DNA of 64,000 nucleotides from an uncultured delta proteobacterium (GCA_963843145.1 CAWJJC010000020.1:32001-96000); one strand, 5' to 3'. Counted from the first letter of the stretch, positions 17,474 to 26,946 are shown. Made by a program: numbers and translations. Notes: a model not told the origin generated them from the sequence alone.

Positions 17474-17896
17474 TTGGAGTTTTTCCTGAAGCCGGAAATA
17501 GTAAGATCTCCCCATTGTTCGGAACAGAAACGGGTTAACCTGACCATCGGTTTGATTTCTTTTCTATTAGTTTCAATTTTCCTTATACTTACGTGTCCCT
17601 TGGGAAAGGCCATGGCCGCCGACATAACCCTGGCCTGGGATCAGAATTCGGACCCCGACCTGGCCGGGTATAAGCTGTACCTTGGTAACTCCTCCCGAAA
17701 TTATACCCATACCATTGATCTGGGACTGACCACTCAGTATACGATCAGAAACCTGATCGATGGAACCGTCTATTTTTTTACTTTAACGGCTTACAATCAG
17801 AAAGGATTCGAGAGCAGTTTTTCCAACGAAGTGCGTTACCCATATATTGAATATACGCAGAAGATCTTTCTTCCTATGGTCCTCAACGGGAGCTAA
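17474..17896 (+). CDS. Exported fibronectin type III domain protein (start uncertain)
   Basis: Hydrophobic signal, ITLAWD...DLAGYKLYLG...Y.FTLTAYN..G.ES.FSNEV; ends IFLPMVLNGS. Confidence 0.8.
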   Translation: MEFFLKPEIVRSPHCSEQKRVNLTIGLISFLLVSIFLILTCPLGKAMAADITLAWDQNSDPDLAGYKLYLGNSSRNYTHTIDLGLTTQYTIRNLIDGTVYFFTLTAYNQKGFESSFSNEVRYPYIEYTQKIFLPMVLNGS

Positions 17897-17974
17897 TCCG
17901 CTTTTTTGACTTCCCGGCCAACGAGAGAAGCTGTTCGAATTCCCCCGCCTTTACCTAAAAGGATTCGGCCTTTG

Positions 17975-18469
17975 CTACAACCGGCCGAATAGATCCCGGT
18001 ACTTCCGGCACTGGTCAAATTTCAAGTAAGGAATAACCCCGGCGGTTTCCGCATCGCTCAGAGGAATGAACTTGCCTTTGGCCTTCAGGCAGACCTGTCC
18101 CTGGTAAAGGAGTTCGCCCTCGCTGAAGGCGATCCGCCCCGCATCCTTGACCAGGCGGCAGACAATTTCGATCTCCTCTTCCACCGGGACAGGGGCGAGG
18201 TATTTGACGGTCAACTCCCCGGTTACATAAAAAACATGCTTTCCCCCGAACACTGTGGCCGCCCAGCCCATGGTTTCATCCAGCAGACCGGCCAGCACTC
18301 CGCCATGCGCCGTATTCAGGTAGCCGTTCATATGGCGCGGCAACTTCAGCCTTGTCCGGATCGTGTCCCCCTCTACAAAAAACCGGGTCCGGACCCCGCA
18401 GGCGTTTTCATCACCGCATAAAAAGCAGCCCGAGGAATGGGGCAGGTATTCTCGTTCTTCCAATTTCAT
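17975..18469 (-). CDS. PaaI-family thioesterase
   Basis: CFLCG.EN..G, AHGGVLAGLLDETMG, TGELTVKYLAPVP. Confidence 0.9.
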   Translation of the reverse strand: MKLEEREYLPHSSGCFLCGDENACGVRTRFFVEGDTIRTRLKLPRHMNGYLNTAHGGVLAGLLDETMGWAATVFGGKHVFYVTGELTVKYLAPVPVEEEIEIVCRLVKDAGRIAFSEGELLYQGQVCLKAKGKFIPLSDAETAGVIPYLKFDQCRKYRDLFGRL

Positions 18470-18544
18470 TTCAGCCTCTCTGAAGCTCCGTATCGTCCTG
18501 GGTGACGATCCGGAGAGATTAGTAGTGAAACCGCGACAGCCCTC

Positions 18545-18589
18545 GATGACCCCGCAAAAAGTCTCGCTGGGACTTTTTGCGAAACCATC
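18545..18589. repeat. Short palindromic REP-like element / terminator
   Basis: gatgaccccgcaaaaagtc...gactttttgcgaaaccatc inverted repeat. Confidence 0.6.
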
Positions 18590-18595
18590 AGCCCT

Positions 18596-19333
18596 TTACT
18601 CGCTGTAATTTTTTATTTTTCGGGAACCCAGGATAAAAAAGAGCACGGCGTAGCCGATCATCACCAGAATGGCCGTCATCCCCTGTTCATCCAGAACCGG
18701 TTTCCGGATCAGGATATTGGTGTGCGTTAGGGGCAGGCAGAGAATAAGGTATTGCAGCAACTTGGGCATCCGGTCCAGGGGGAAAAAAGTCCCGCTGAAA
18801 AAGACCATGGGCAGGATGAAAAAATTGGCATAGGTGGAGGTGTCCTCATGGGTCTTGGTCAACATGCCGATGAGTACGCCCATATTGGCAAAGAGGAAAC
18901 AATTCAACAGGAGAGTAAAAAGAAAAAGCCAGGAAAGGTGGAACCCGGCACCCGCCACCAGCCCGACCAGGATAATCATCAGCGAAGCAAACAGCCCCCG
19001 GACCATGCCGGCCAATACATAGCCGGCCATGATGGAAGTGGGGGCGATGGGGGCCTGGATCAGGACCTGAAAGGTTTTGAAATAAACCCGGCTCAAGTTG
19101 AGCCCGCTGGCCACCCAATTATAGGAATTGTTCATGGAACTCATGGCCACCAGCCCGGGCAGCAGGAAACCCAGGTAGGTCCCGCCCGGGACCTGCACGC
19201 TGCGTCCCAGACCCAACCCGAAGGCCAGCAGATACAGCAGGGGCACCATCATGGAAGTAAAAATATAGCCCAGACGAAAAAGTTTCTTCTTGAACTGGAT
19301 CATTTCCCGAAGAAAAACCGGATACCAGTTCAT
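18596..19333 (-). CDS. ABC-2 type transporter permease
   Basis: YLGFLLPGLVAM, FFSGTFFPLDRMP, LPLTH; start ATG 19333 overlaps the ATPase stop. Confidence 0.9.
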   Translation of the reverse strand: MNWYPVFLREMIQFKKKLFRLGYIFTSMMVPLLYLLAFGLGLGRSVQVPGGTYLGFLLPGLVAMSSMNNSYNWVASGLNLSRVYFKTFQVLIQAPIAPTSIMAGYVLAGMVRGLFASLMIILVGLVAGAGFHLSWLFLFTLLLNCFLFANMGVLIGMLTKTHEDTSTYANFFILPMVFFSGTFFPLDRMPKLLQYLILCLPLTHTNILIRKPVLDEQGMTAILVMIGYAVLFFILGSRKIKNYSE

Positions 19334-20166
19334 TGCTCGATTCGCCCCCCGGTCAGCTTCACAAAGACGTCCTCCAGGTTGGACTTGCGCATGGTGACCT
19401 CGGTCTCGACTTCCCGCAATTGGCACTGGGCATCTTCCCGGCTGGCGCACATCCGATAAACCCGACTGCCGTCCCGGTCCGCATATTCCACCACGTATTC
19501 TCCGACCATCTTTTTCAGGTTGTCCGGGGTGTCCAGGGCGATCAATTTCCCTTGGGAAAGGATGCCGACCCGATCACTCAGGGCCTCGGCCTCTTCGATG
19601 TAATGGGTCGTCAGTAAAATCGTCCCTCCCTGGGCCTTGATCCGCCGGATCATGTTCCAGATCTCCCGGCGCACCTGGGGGTCCAACCCGATGGTGGGCT
19701 CATCCAGAAAAAGGACTTTCGGCCGGGCCAGGACGGCCCGGGCGATCAGCAGGCGCCGCTGCATACCCCCCGAAAAGGTCAGGATATTATCGTATCGCCG
19801 CTCCCAAAGACCGACCGAACGGAGCTGCTCCTCGATCTTGGATTCCAGGCCTGGAATATGGTGCAGGAGTCCGTAAAGACGCAAGTTGTCAAAGGCGGAC
19901 ATCTCCCGGTCCAGATTGTTTTCCTGGGGAACCACGGCGATGCGTTTTTTAATTTCCAGGGGATCTCCGACCACGTCAATCCCATCCAGGAGGGCGCGGC
20001 CGGCCGTTGGTTTGACCAGGGTGGTCAGGATCTTGATGGTGGTGCTTTTCCCGGCCCCATTCGGTCCCAGAAGTCCGAAAATTTCATTCGTTTCGATTCG
20101 AAACGAAAGGCCCTCGATCGCCTTGATTTTTCCGTACTCTTTGGTCAGATGTTCCAGTTCGATCAT
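19330..20166 (-). CDS. ABC transporter ATP-binding protein
   Basis: GPNGAGKST, FSGGMQRR, LFLDEPT, LTTHY. Confidence 0.95.
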   Translation of the reverse strand: MIELEHLTKEYGKIKAIEGLSFRIETNEIFGLLGPNGAGKSTTIKILTTLVKPTAGRALLDGIDVVGDPLEIKKRIAVVPQENNLDREMSAFDNLRLYGLLHHIPGLESKIEEQLRSVGLWERRYDNILTFSGGMQRRLLIARAVLARPKVLFLDEPTIGLDPQVRREIWNMIRRIKAQGGTILLTTHYIEEAEALSDRVGILSQGKLIALDTPDNLKKMVGEYVVEYADRDGSRVYRMCASREDAQCQLREVETEVTMRKSNLEDVFVKLTGGRIEQ

Positions 20167-20206
20167 GAGCAAACAATTCTCTTGACAAGCCGTTTCATTT
20201 GGCTTT

Positions 20207-20264
20207 CATTTGGATTTCGAGTATTTGTATTTGTTTCGGATTTCGAGCTTCGAATTTCGAATTT
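20207..20264. repeat. Right half of heptamer palindromic element
   Basis: ttgtttcggatttcgagcttcgaatttcgaattt, one mismatch to the 7910-7943 arm. Confidence 0.8.
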
Positions 20265-20273
20265 GTGGTCGTT

Positions 20274-20555
20274 ATGTCCACCATCCGCCAAACCATCATC
20301 TCACTGCTTCAAGGCCAGGATTTATCCGCCAGGGAGATTTCCCAGATCGTCGGGATTCGGGAAAAAGAAGTCTACGATCATCTGACCCATATCGCCCGGT
20401 CGGCGGCCGTAAAAGGAAAATTAATCGTCCTACCGGCCTCCTGCCGACGCTGTGGTTTTATCTTCAAGAAACGCGACCGTCTAACCGCCCCCGGCAAATG
20501 TTTTCTTTGCCACAGCGAGTCCATCAGTCCGCCCCGTTTTGCTATCCACGACTAA
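20274..20555 (+). CDS. HTH + zinc-ribbon predicted transcriptional regulator
   Basis: STIRQ.I...L...LSAREISQ..GIREKEVYDHL.HI...PASCRRCGF.F..R...PGKC..C.SE.I..P.F. Confidence 0.85.
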   Translation: MSTIRQTIISLLQGQDLSAREISQIVGIREKEVYDHLTHIARSAAVKGKLIVLPASCRRCGFIFKKRDRLTAPGKCFLCHSESISPPRFAIHD

Positions 20556-20641
20556 AAAATCCCCTCCAACCGACCCTTACCAGGGAATGGCCATTTACGA
20601 GAACTCCCCCCTTTGGAAAAAAAGGGCCAGAGGGGATTTTT
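20555..20641. repeat. REP-like palindrome between convergent genes
   Basis: aaaaatcccct...aggggattttt ends with inner ccctttggaaaaaaaggg. Confidence 0.5.
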
Positions 20642-21411
20642 TAGGATTGAACCTTCAAAACCCCGGTAGCCCGGTACCGTCCGGCGACATGAATCGGGAA
20701 CCGTTGGCCTAAAACCCTTTGATGGGTCCGACGGGCCAGTTCGGGATGATTGTTATGCTCCGAAAGATGGGCCAGGCAAACCCACTGCATCCGGTTGGTA
20801 GCCGATCCTTTCAGCACCCCGGCCGCCTCTTGGTTGGAAAGATGCCCGCCCAATCCGCGAATCCTTTGTTTTAGATATTCCGGATACGGGCCCTGCTCTA
20901 ACATCTCCGGATCAAAGTTGCTTTCCAGAAAAATCGCGTCCAGGGAAGCGATAACGGTTTCCAGTCCCTGAAAAAGGTGCCCCAGATCGGTAAGAATCCC
21001 CAAGCGTCTTTGGCGGGTTTCCACCACAAAAGCCACGCCGTCAGCCCCATCGTGAGGGGTGGGGATGGTCTGAACGGATACGCTTCCAAAAGAAATCCCA
21101 TCCCCGGCCTGAAAAGAACGGACCTCCGACAACCGGCCCAGTCGAAGCGTTTTCCCGGCAGCCAGGGTCCGGGGGGTGATGTAGAGCGGTATCCCGTATT
21201 TCCGCTGATAGATGCCGGCGCAGCGAAGATGATCCGCATGATCGTGGGAGATAATCAAGGCATCCACTTTCCGAATGTCCTTTCCCAGAGCGGCCAGCCT
21301 CTGTTCCGCCTGGATGCCGCTGATGCCGGCGTCAAAAAGCAGTCTGACCCCTTCGGCCTCCACGTAGATGCAATTTCCGTTGCTGCCCGATTGTAACGAG
21401 ATAGCTATCAT
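20641..21411 (-). CDS. MBL-fold metallo-hydrolase (YycJ/PhnP-like)
   Basis: SGSNGNC, SHDHADH, TPHD, TDLG, LESNFD, GHLSN, LAHLSEHNN. Confidence 0.92.
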   Translation of the reverse strand: MIAISLQSGSNGNCIYVEAEGVRLLFDAGISGIQAEQRLAALGKDIRKVDALIISHDHADHLRCAGIYQRKYGIPLYITPRTLAAGKTLRLGRLSEVRSFQAGDGISFGSVSVQTIPTPHDGADGVAFVVETRQRRLGILTDLGHLFQGLETVIASLDAIFLESNFDPEMLEQGPYPEYLKQRIRGLGGHLSNQEAAGVLKGSATNRMQWVCLAHLSEHNNHPELARRTHQRVLGQRFPIHVAGRYRATGVLKVQS

Positions 21412-21587
21412 TCTTTATCCTCCGGGGTGCCCCTTTTCCTCCTGGCGGTTATAAATACATAATAAATCATGAGCAGGGGTAAAAAAGCCAGTCCCACTTC
21501 AAAGTTGCCTTTAAAAAAGTAATAGGTGCTGATTCCCACGATCAAGAGAACCAGTACGATTTGAATGATCGCCGCGATTTTAGTCAT
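21408..21587 (-). CDS. Small two-TM membrane protein (59 aa, not in ORF track)
   Basis: MTKIAAIIQIVLVLLIVGISTYYFFKGNFEVGLAFLPLLMIYYVFITARRKRGTPEDKE; ATGA overlap with the MBL gene. Confidence 0.65.
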   Translation of the reverse strand: MTKIAAIIQIVLVLLIVGISTYYFFKGNFEVGLAFLPLLMIYYVFITARRKRGTPEDKE

Positions 21588-21691
21588 TTATTTCTTCAGC
21601 CTTCACTATCTATCTATTTACGAAAAGAAAATCTACCCTCTCACCCTTAAGGAATTAGTACCTCCCATGTCAAGGCAAATCTGGAATAATT

Positions 21692-21909
21692 TGTCGAATC
21701 GCCTCGACATTCGTGTCTTCTTATATCTATTCAAAATCTAAAGATAAATAGATTATTTTCGAAAACCTGGCCCCTAAATCTTTTGAGACGCCTAATAATT
21801 TCGACAAAATCGTCGAACACGAAAAAAAATCAATATCCTTACTAATCGTAAATATAATGTAATTTTATACAGTTATACATAATCAGGGAACTTGGCACGA
21901 GACTTGAAT
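21692..21909 (+). promoter_or_regulatory. sigma54-type promoter with upstream palindromic enhancer-like sites
   Basis: TTGGCACGAGACTTGAAT at 21892 (variant -12); TGTCGA-N6-TCGACA at 21692 and TTCGAC-N6-GTCGAA near 21800; AT-rich spacer. Confidence 0.55.
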
Positions 21910-21959
21910 TATACTTTGGACAAAACCTGACTCAAAAAAAATTAAAGGAGGAAAATATC

Positions 21960-22529
21960 ATGTTAGATAAAAGTAGATTGAAAGTATGGATGGTAGGTGG
22001 GGCTCTCTTGGCCATGTCCGGTTTAGCGATCGCCGCCGGTCCCGGATTCGGCTGGGGGAACAATTTCAACTGCCCTGGTGGGTTTGATCAGTTGAACCTG
22101 ACCGCAGACCAGAATACCAAGCTGAACGACGTGCGGGAGAAAACCTGGAAGGAAACGGTTACCCTGCGAAATCAGATGCAGACCAAACGGTTGGAACTTC
22201 AGACTCTGTGGAGCAACCCGAATCCCGACAAGGACAAGGTCCTGGCCAAGCAGAAGGAACTTAACGACCTGCGGAATACACTCCAGGCCAAGATGACCGA
22301 TTCTCGGCTGGAAGCCCGGAAGGTTCTAACCCCTGAACAGGCCGCTCAGGTGGCCGGCAGCGGCCCGGGCCTGGGTTTCGGTGGCGGCGGAATGCGCCGT
22401 TTCGGCCGAGTGGGGAACGGATACTGTGGCGGTCCCGGCTTCGGTCCCGGCGGCGCTGGATTCGGTCCCGGTAGAGGCCCCGGCAGGGTGCCTGGACAAG
22501 GCTTCGGCCCCGGCGGCAGCCGGTTATAA
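21960..22529 (+). CDS. Spy/CpxP/ZraP-family periplasmic protein with Gly-rich tail
   Basis: Signal peptide, LNLTADQ and VLTPEQ motifs, GPGFG repeats, strong RBS aggagg. Confidence 0.88.
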   Translation: MLDKSRLKVWMVGGALLAMSGLAIAAGPGFGWGNNFNCPGGFDQLNLTADQNTKLNDVREKTWKETVTLRNQMQTKRLELQTLWSNPNPDKDKVLAKQKELNDLRNTLQAKMTDSRLEARKVLTPEQAAQVAGSGPGLGFGGGGMRRFGRVGNGYCGGPGFGPGGAGFGPGRGPGRVPGQGFGPGGSRL

Positions 22530-22559
22530 TATAGACTTCCTCTCCTTCCCCTCCTCCCG

Positions 22560-22598
22560 GGAGGTATGGAGCAACCCTCCATACCTCCTTTCCTTTTT
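22560..22598 (+). terminator. Intrinsic terminator
   Basis: ggaggtatggag-caacc-ctccatacctcc followed by a T-rich tract. Confidence 0.7.
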
Positions 22599-22645
22599 CA
22601 TGATTAATCATTGACAGCTTATCCGGGAGCCGTTACATATAGGGC

Positions 22646-23776
22646 ATGTCTTTGGCCCTTGATCCGACCCCATCAAAGCCCGAATCCGTCCCGGTCTATC
22701 CCTTTACGGCGATCGTCGGTCAGGAGAAGATGAAATTAGGGCTCTTGCTGACCCTGATCCACCCCCGGATCGGAGGTCTGTTGATCCGGGGCCAGCGAGG
22801 CACAGCCAAATCAACGGCCGTTCGCGGGTTGATCAACCTGCTCCCCCCCGTGGAATTGGTGGCCGATTGTCCTTTTCGCTGCCCTCTTCGAGACCCGGAA
22901 GAGATGTGCGAGCTTTGCCGTCAGCGGCTGGCGAAGGGGGAAACCCTACCCGGCGTCAGCGCCCCCTTTGGGCTGGTCAACCTGCCCCTGGGGACCTCGG
23001 AAGACCGCTTGATCGGGGCCTTGGACTTTGAAGCCGCCCTGTCCAAGGGAGAACGCCGTTTTGAACCAGGGCTCTTGGCCCGGGCCAACCGCTCTATTCT
23101 TTATGTGGATGAAGTCAACCTGCTCGAAGATCACCTGGTGGATTTGCTGCTGGATGTGGCCGCCCTGGGAGTCAATTACGTGGAGCGGGAGGGGATTTCC
23201 TTCAGCCATCCCAGCCGCTTCATCCTGATCGGCACCATGAATCCGGAAGAAGGGGACCTGCGCCCCCAGTTGTTGGACCGCTTCGGTCTCTGCCTGGACG
23301 TGCGGGGCAGCTCCGATTTAAAGGAACGGATTGATGTCGCCCACCGCCGCCTAGCCTTCGAGTCCGATCCGGTTGGTTTTCTCGAAGACTGGTCCGGCCA
23401 GGAAAAAGATCTCGCCCAAAAGATCATTCAAGCCCGCCGGGATTTAGACCAAATCCGGACTCCCCAGCGCATCTGGGAAATGGCGGCCCGCTTATCGCTA
23501 AGCTATGGGGTGGAAGGTCATCGCAGCGATTTAACCATGATCAAGGCTGCCCAGGCCATCAGCGCCTTCCGGGGAGGGACCGAGGTCACCCCTCCGGATC
23601 TGCTGAAAGCTGCTGAACTGGCTCTGCCTCACCGCTTGAAAAACCAGGACCTTAATCAGCCCCGACTGGAACCCGGTCAAATCCAAAAGATCCTCGAGGA
23701 ACTGGAAGCCGCTCAGGAAGAGCCGCCGGCCGCCCCGTCCTCCGGCGAATTAAAAAAAAAGCCCCTGGCCTATTAG
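22646..23776 (+). CDS. Mg/Co-chelatase ChlI-like AAA+ subunit (0-frame product of a frameshifted chlD-type gene)
   Basis: YPFTAIVGQE, G.RGTAKST, LPLG.SEDR, FEPGLLARANR, YVDEVNLL, GTMNPEEG.LRPQLLDRFG; ends LKKKPLAY at an A9 run. Confidence 0.92.
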   Translation: MSLALDPTPSKPESVPVYPFTAIVGQEKMKLGLLLTLIHPRIGGLLIRGQRGTAKSTAVRGLINLLPPVELVADCPFRCPLRDPEEMCELCRQRLAKGETLPGVSAPFGLVNLPLGTSEDRLIGALDFEAALSKGERRFEPGLLARANRSILYVDEVNLLEDHLVDLLLDVAALGVNYVEREGISFSHPSRFILIGTMNPEEGDLRPQLLDRFGLCLDVRGSSDLKERIDVAHRRLAFESDPVGFLEDWSGQEKDLAQKIIQARRDLDQIRTPQRIWEMAARLSLSYGVEGHRSDLTMIKAAQAISAFRGGTEVTPPDLLKAAELALPHRLKNQDLNQPRLEPGQIQKILEELEAAQEEPPAAPSSGELKKKPLAY

Positions 23777-24604
23777 ACCCCCCTCCTCTTTCAGTCCCTC
23801 TCCCACTTGAAAGCACCCGGATACCAGATCCCTCCATCCCTTTGGCGGAATTGATCCGGCTCGCCTCCCCAGGCCGAAGAAAGACTTTCCCCTCCATGAG
23901 GAACGAAGGCCGGGTGGTTGGAAGCGGCCCTTTTTCCGGGACATCGTTGACGGAGACGGCCTTTCTTTCAACGGTGAAATCCGCCTGCGGCCGTTCGGGT
24001 TTTGACCGGGCTCAGAGACCGCTTCGCTTTATCCGGGACGACTTACGGCGGAAAATAAAAAAGAAAAAAGGCGGTTATTCGATAGTTTTTGTGGTGGATG
24101 CCAGTTCATCCATGGGAGTGCATGGACGAATGTCTCTGGTCAAGGACCTGTTGAACGCCTACCTCAAGGAGAGCTATCTGCGGCGGGACCGGGTGGCCCT
24201 GGTGGCCTTCCGCCATCAACAGTCTCAGGTGATTCAGCCCTTCACCGGAAATCTGGGACGGGTCCGACTACTCCCTCCGAATGCTGCCGATGGGTGGAAA
24301 GACGCCCCTGGCAGAGGGTCTGCGCCTGGGCTTCCGGGCCCTGGCCCAGGAACGATTTAAATACCCCCGATTCGGTCAGGTCCTGGTGCTGGTCTCCGAC
24401 GGAAAACCTAATCTAAGTTTTTCCGGCTTGGACCCGGTGGATGAGGCCCTTTTGACGGCCTCCTGGCTGCGCCGGAATGGCATTGCCTTCGTCTTCATCG
24501 ATACGGAGCCCAACCCCCTGGCCTTTGGTTACGGACCGGCCATCGCCCGAAAGGCCGGGGGAACCTATCGCACCCTGGTGGATCTTCTTAGAAAGCCCGG
24601 CTAA
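23752..24604 (+). CDS. ChlD-type C-terminal VWA portion reached by -1 frameshift; second +1 frameshift near 24265
   Basis: -1 frame open from the A9 run; VFVVDASSSMG MIDAS, RDRVALVAF; then LPMGGKTPLAEGL and VLVSDGKPN in another frame. Confidence 0.8.
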
Positions 24605-24636
24605 ACAATTTTGCCCCCCCAGATTCAAAATGCTCG

Positions 24637-24849
24637 TTAAGCGGCCAAAGTTTCAAAAGATAACCGCAAAGGCTCCAATCGGGTCAATGCGAGATTCAAT
24701 TTTTCAAACCCGATAACCTGACCGTTCTTGTCTTTCATTAGAATTACTTCTTCCCCGGTTTCTTCAGAAATATATTCATCCTGGGGATTACCGAACCAGA
24801 CCGTCAAGGTGTTCGCTGTTTGGTCATAGTAGACGTTCACTTGGGCCAT
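24637..24849 (-). CDS. DUF2283-like small protein (putative antitoxin)
   Basis: VYYDQTANTLTVWFG...EVILMKDKNGQVIGFE. Confidence 0.8.
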   Translation of the reverse strand: MAQVNVYYDQTANTLTVWFGNPQDEYISEETGEEVILMKDKNGQVIGFEKLNLALTRLEPLRLSFETLAA

Positions 24850-24926
24850 ATTTTATCTCCTTCTCGAAATCCTAAGGGGGTTACCACTTCAAAAATCAAA
24901 CCCGAGTATGAAGGCAGGTCGCTCAT
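24837..24926 (-). pseudogene. Internally deleted partner (toxin-like) minigene, 29 aa
   Basis: MSDLPSYSGLIFEVVTPLGFR|EGDKIWPK* overlapping the DUF2283 start; resembles the two termini of the usual ~100-aa upstream partner. Confidence 0.55.
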
Positions 24927-25029
24927 TACGGTTAAGTATATCAAATTTTAACAATAATGGGGCAAGATTAATTGACATTAAGAATGATTCTAGTAAGATA
25001 TGAAAATACCAAGGAGGGGAATAAATTCT

Positions 25030-25596
25030 ATGTCACCAGGTATTTCACGTGACCAGGCCTTGGATCTAATTCATCAACACCTCAAGAATCCCAATATGAT
25101 CAAACACTGCCTGGCTTCCGAAGCCGTTCTCGGCGCCCTGGCGGACCGCCTGGGGGAAGACCGGGAAAAGTGGTCTCTGGCCGGATTGCTCCACGATCTG
25201 GATGTGGAGCTGACCCAGGCCGACCTAGCCGTACATGGGATGGAAGCGGTCCGGATACTGGAGAGTAATGGAGTGGACCCGGAAATCGTTCAGGCCGTCA
25301 AGCTTCATAATGAGTTGGCCTGCGGAGAAAAAAGATGCGCTGTTTTTCACCACGCCCTGGCCGCCGGGGAGACGATCACCGGGTTGATCACGGCTACCGC
25401 CCTGGTCTATCCGGACAAAAAATTGGCCTCGGTCAAATCCAAGTCCATTGTGAAGCGGATGAAAGAAAAGGCCTTCGCGGCTTCGGTCAACCGGGATATT
25501 ATCCGAGAGTGCGAGGTGATCGGAATCCCCCTGCCGGAATTTGCCGAAATCGCCCTCCGCGCCATGCAATCGATCAGCCAAGACCTGGACTTGTAA
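25030..25596 (+). CDS. HD/HDIG domain protein
   Basis: KHCLASEA, AGLLHDLD, HG, KRMKEKAFAASVNR. Confidence 0.88.
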   Translation: MSPGISRDQALDLIHQHLKNPNMIKHCLASEAVLGALADRLGEDREKWSLAGLLHDLDVELTQADLAVHGMEAVRILESNGVDPEIVQAVKLHNELACGEKRCAVFHHALAAGETITGLITATALVYPDKKLASVKSKSIVKRMKEKAFAASVNRDIIRECEVIGIPLPEFAEIALRAMQSISQDLDL

Positions 25597-25647
25597 GCGG
25601 AGATAATCCTTGACCTTTCAGGAAGGGTGGTCTACCTTAATCGACCT

Positions 25648-25989
25648 ATGCATGAAATGTCCATCGCCCAAAGTATCATCGATATTGTTCAGCAGGAGAT
25701 GGTCCGCCACCAGGTATCCAAGGTCTCGGTGATTCGCCTGGTGGTGGGGGAATTTACCGCCGTAGTTCCGGACAGTCTCACCTTTTGTTTCGAACTGATC
25801 ACCAAGGACACCCCCTTGGAAGGGGTTAAGGTAGAACTGGAGCAGGTGCCCCTGACCGGCCGGTGCCGGGCCTGCGGGAAAGAATTCCCCATCGTTGACT
25901 ATCGATTCGTTTGCCCGGAGTGCCAGTCCATTGAGGTCGAGCCTGTTTCCGGGAAAGAGTTGTTTATCAAAGAAATTGAAGCGGAATAG
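25648..25989 (+). CDS. hypA: Hydrogenase maturation nickel metallochaperone
   Basis: MHEMSIA, CRAC...CPEC, GKEL. Confidence 0.95.
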   Translation: MHEMSIAQSIIDIVQQEMVRHQVSKVSVIRLVVGEFTAVVPDSLTFCFELITKDTPLEGVKVELEQVPLTGRCRACGKEFPIVDYRFVCPECQSIEVEPVSGKELFIKEIEAE

Positions 25990-26005
25990 CCAAATGGAGT
26001 AAATA

Positions 26006-26665
26006 ATGAAAGTGCCGGTAGTGCGCAATATTCTGGAGGCCAACGAGCAATTGGCTCAGGAAAACAAGACCCGGTTTCAGGAAAAAGGGTTACTGGTTCT
26101 GAACCTGATGAGCTCCCCAGGGGCGGGGAAAACCACCCTTCTGGAACGGACGGTCGAGGCCCTGAAGGACAAAATACGGATCGCGGTCATCGAAGGGGAT
26201 ATTCAATCTACCTATGACGCGGAAAAAATCGCTCAGCACGGAGTTCCCGCAGTCCAGATCAACACCGACGGGGCCTGTCACCTGGACAGCCGGATGATCC
26301 AACAGGCCTTGAAGGAGATAGACCTCTCCAGCCTGGATCTCCTGGTAGTGGAAAACGTGGGCAACCTGGTCTGCCCGGCGGAATTCGACGTGGGCGAAGA
26401 TTACAAGGTGATGATCCTGAGCGTCACCGAAGGGGACGACAAGCCGCTCAAGTATCCCCTCATGTTCAGCAAGTCCAGCGTCCTCTTGGTCAACAAAATC
26501 GACTTGCTTCCCTACATCAATACCAGCGTGGAGAAAATCCGCCAGGTCTCCCTGGAAATAAATCCTCAATTGGATATCTTTGAAGTGTCCTGCCAGACGG
26601 GAACGGGTCTGGAGTCCTGGTTCAACTGGATCTTGAAGCGGGTGCCGCACTATAAAAGCGCGTAG
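26006..26665 (+). CDS. hypB: Hydrogenase nickel incorporation GTPase
   Basis: SSPGAGKTT, GACHLD, ENVGNLVCPA, EGDDKPLKYP, NKIDL. Confidence 0.97.
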   Translation: MKVPVVRNILEANEQLAQENKTRFQEKGLLVLNLMSSPGAGKTTLLERTVEALKDKIRIAVIEGDIQSTYDAEKIAQHGVPAVQINTDGACHLDSRMIQQALKEIDLSSLDLLVVENVGNLVCPAEFDVGEDYKVMILSVTEGDDKPLKYPLMFSKSSVLLVNKIDLLPYINTSVEKIRQVSLEINPQLDIFEVSCQTGTGLESWFNWILKRVPHYKSA

Positions 26666-26733
26666 CGCCTGGCGCGGAACGCGGAGCGACAATCCCAGAC
26701 TAAAATTTAGAATTGGGGGTCGCCATACCCTTT

Positions 26734-26870
26734 AAACCCGAAATTCGAAGCACGAAATCCGAAACAATCTCAAAGGTCCAAAATTCAAATGACCAAAACA
26801 AAGACGTTTCGAGTTTCGAAATTTGATCATTTGAATTTGTTTCGGATTTCGGATTTCGTGCTTCGGATTT
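26734..26870. repeat. Palindromic miniature element (heptamer family), copy 2
   Basis: Colinear with 7807-7943 including the core (aaggtccaaaat..caatga.caaaac...catttgaatttgtttcggatttc). Confidence 0.9.
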
Positions 26871-26946
26871 AAGGGGTTTAGCTCTTACCGAATTATTCCA
26901 ATACCGGCCCCTCTGAAGTTGGATTGTCTCACTTGCCTGACTGTCT

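Noticed and set aside
22646-24604. Evidence for (bacterio)chlorophyll synthesis
   Set aside because: ChlI/D-like genes are widespread in non-phototrophs, and no chlH/bch genes are present.
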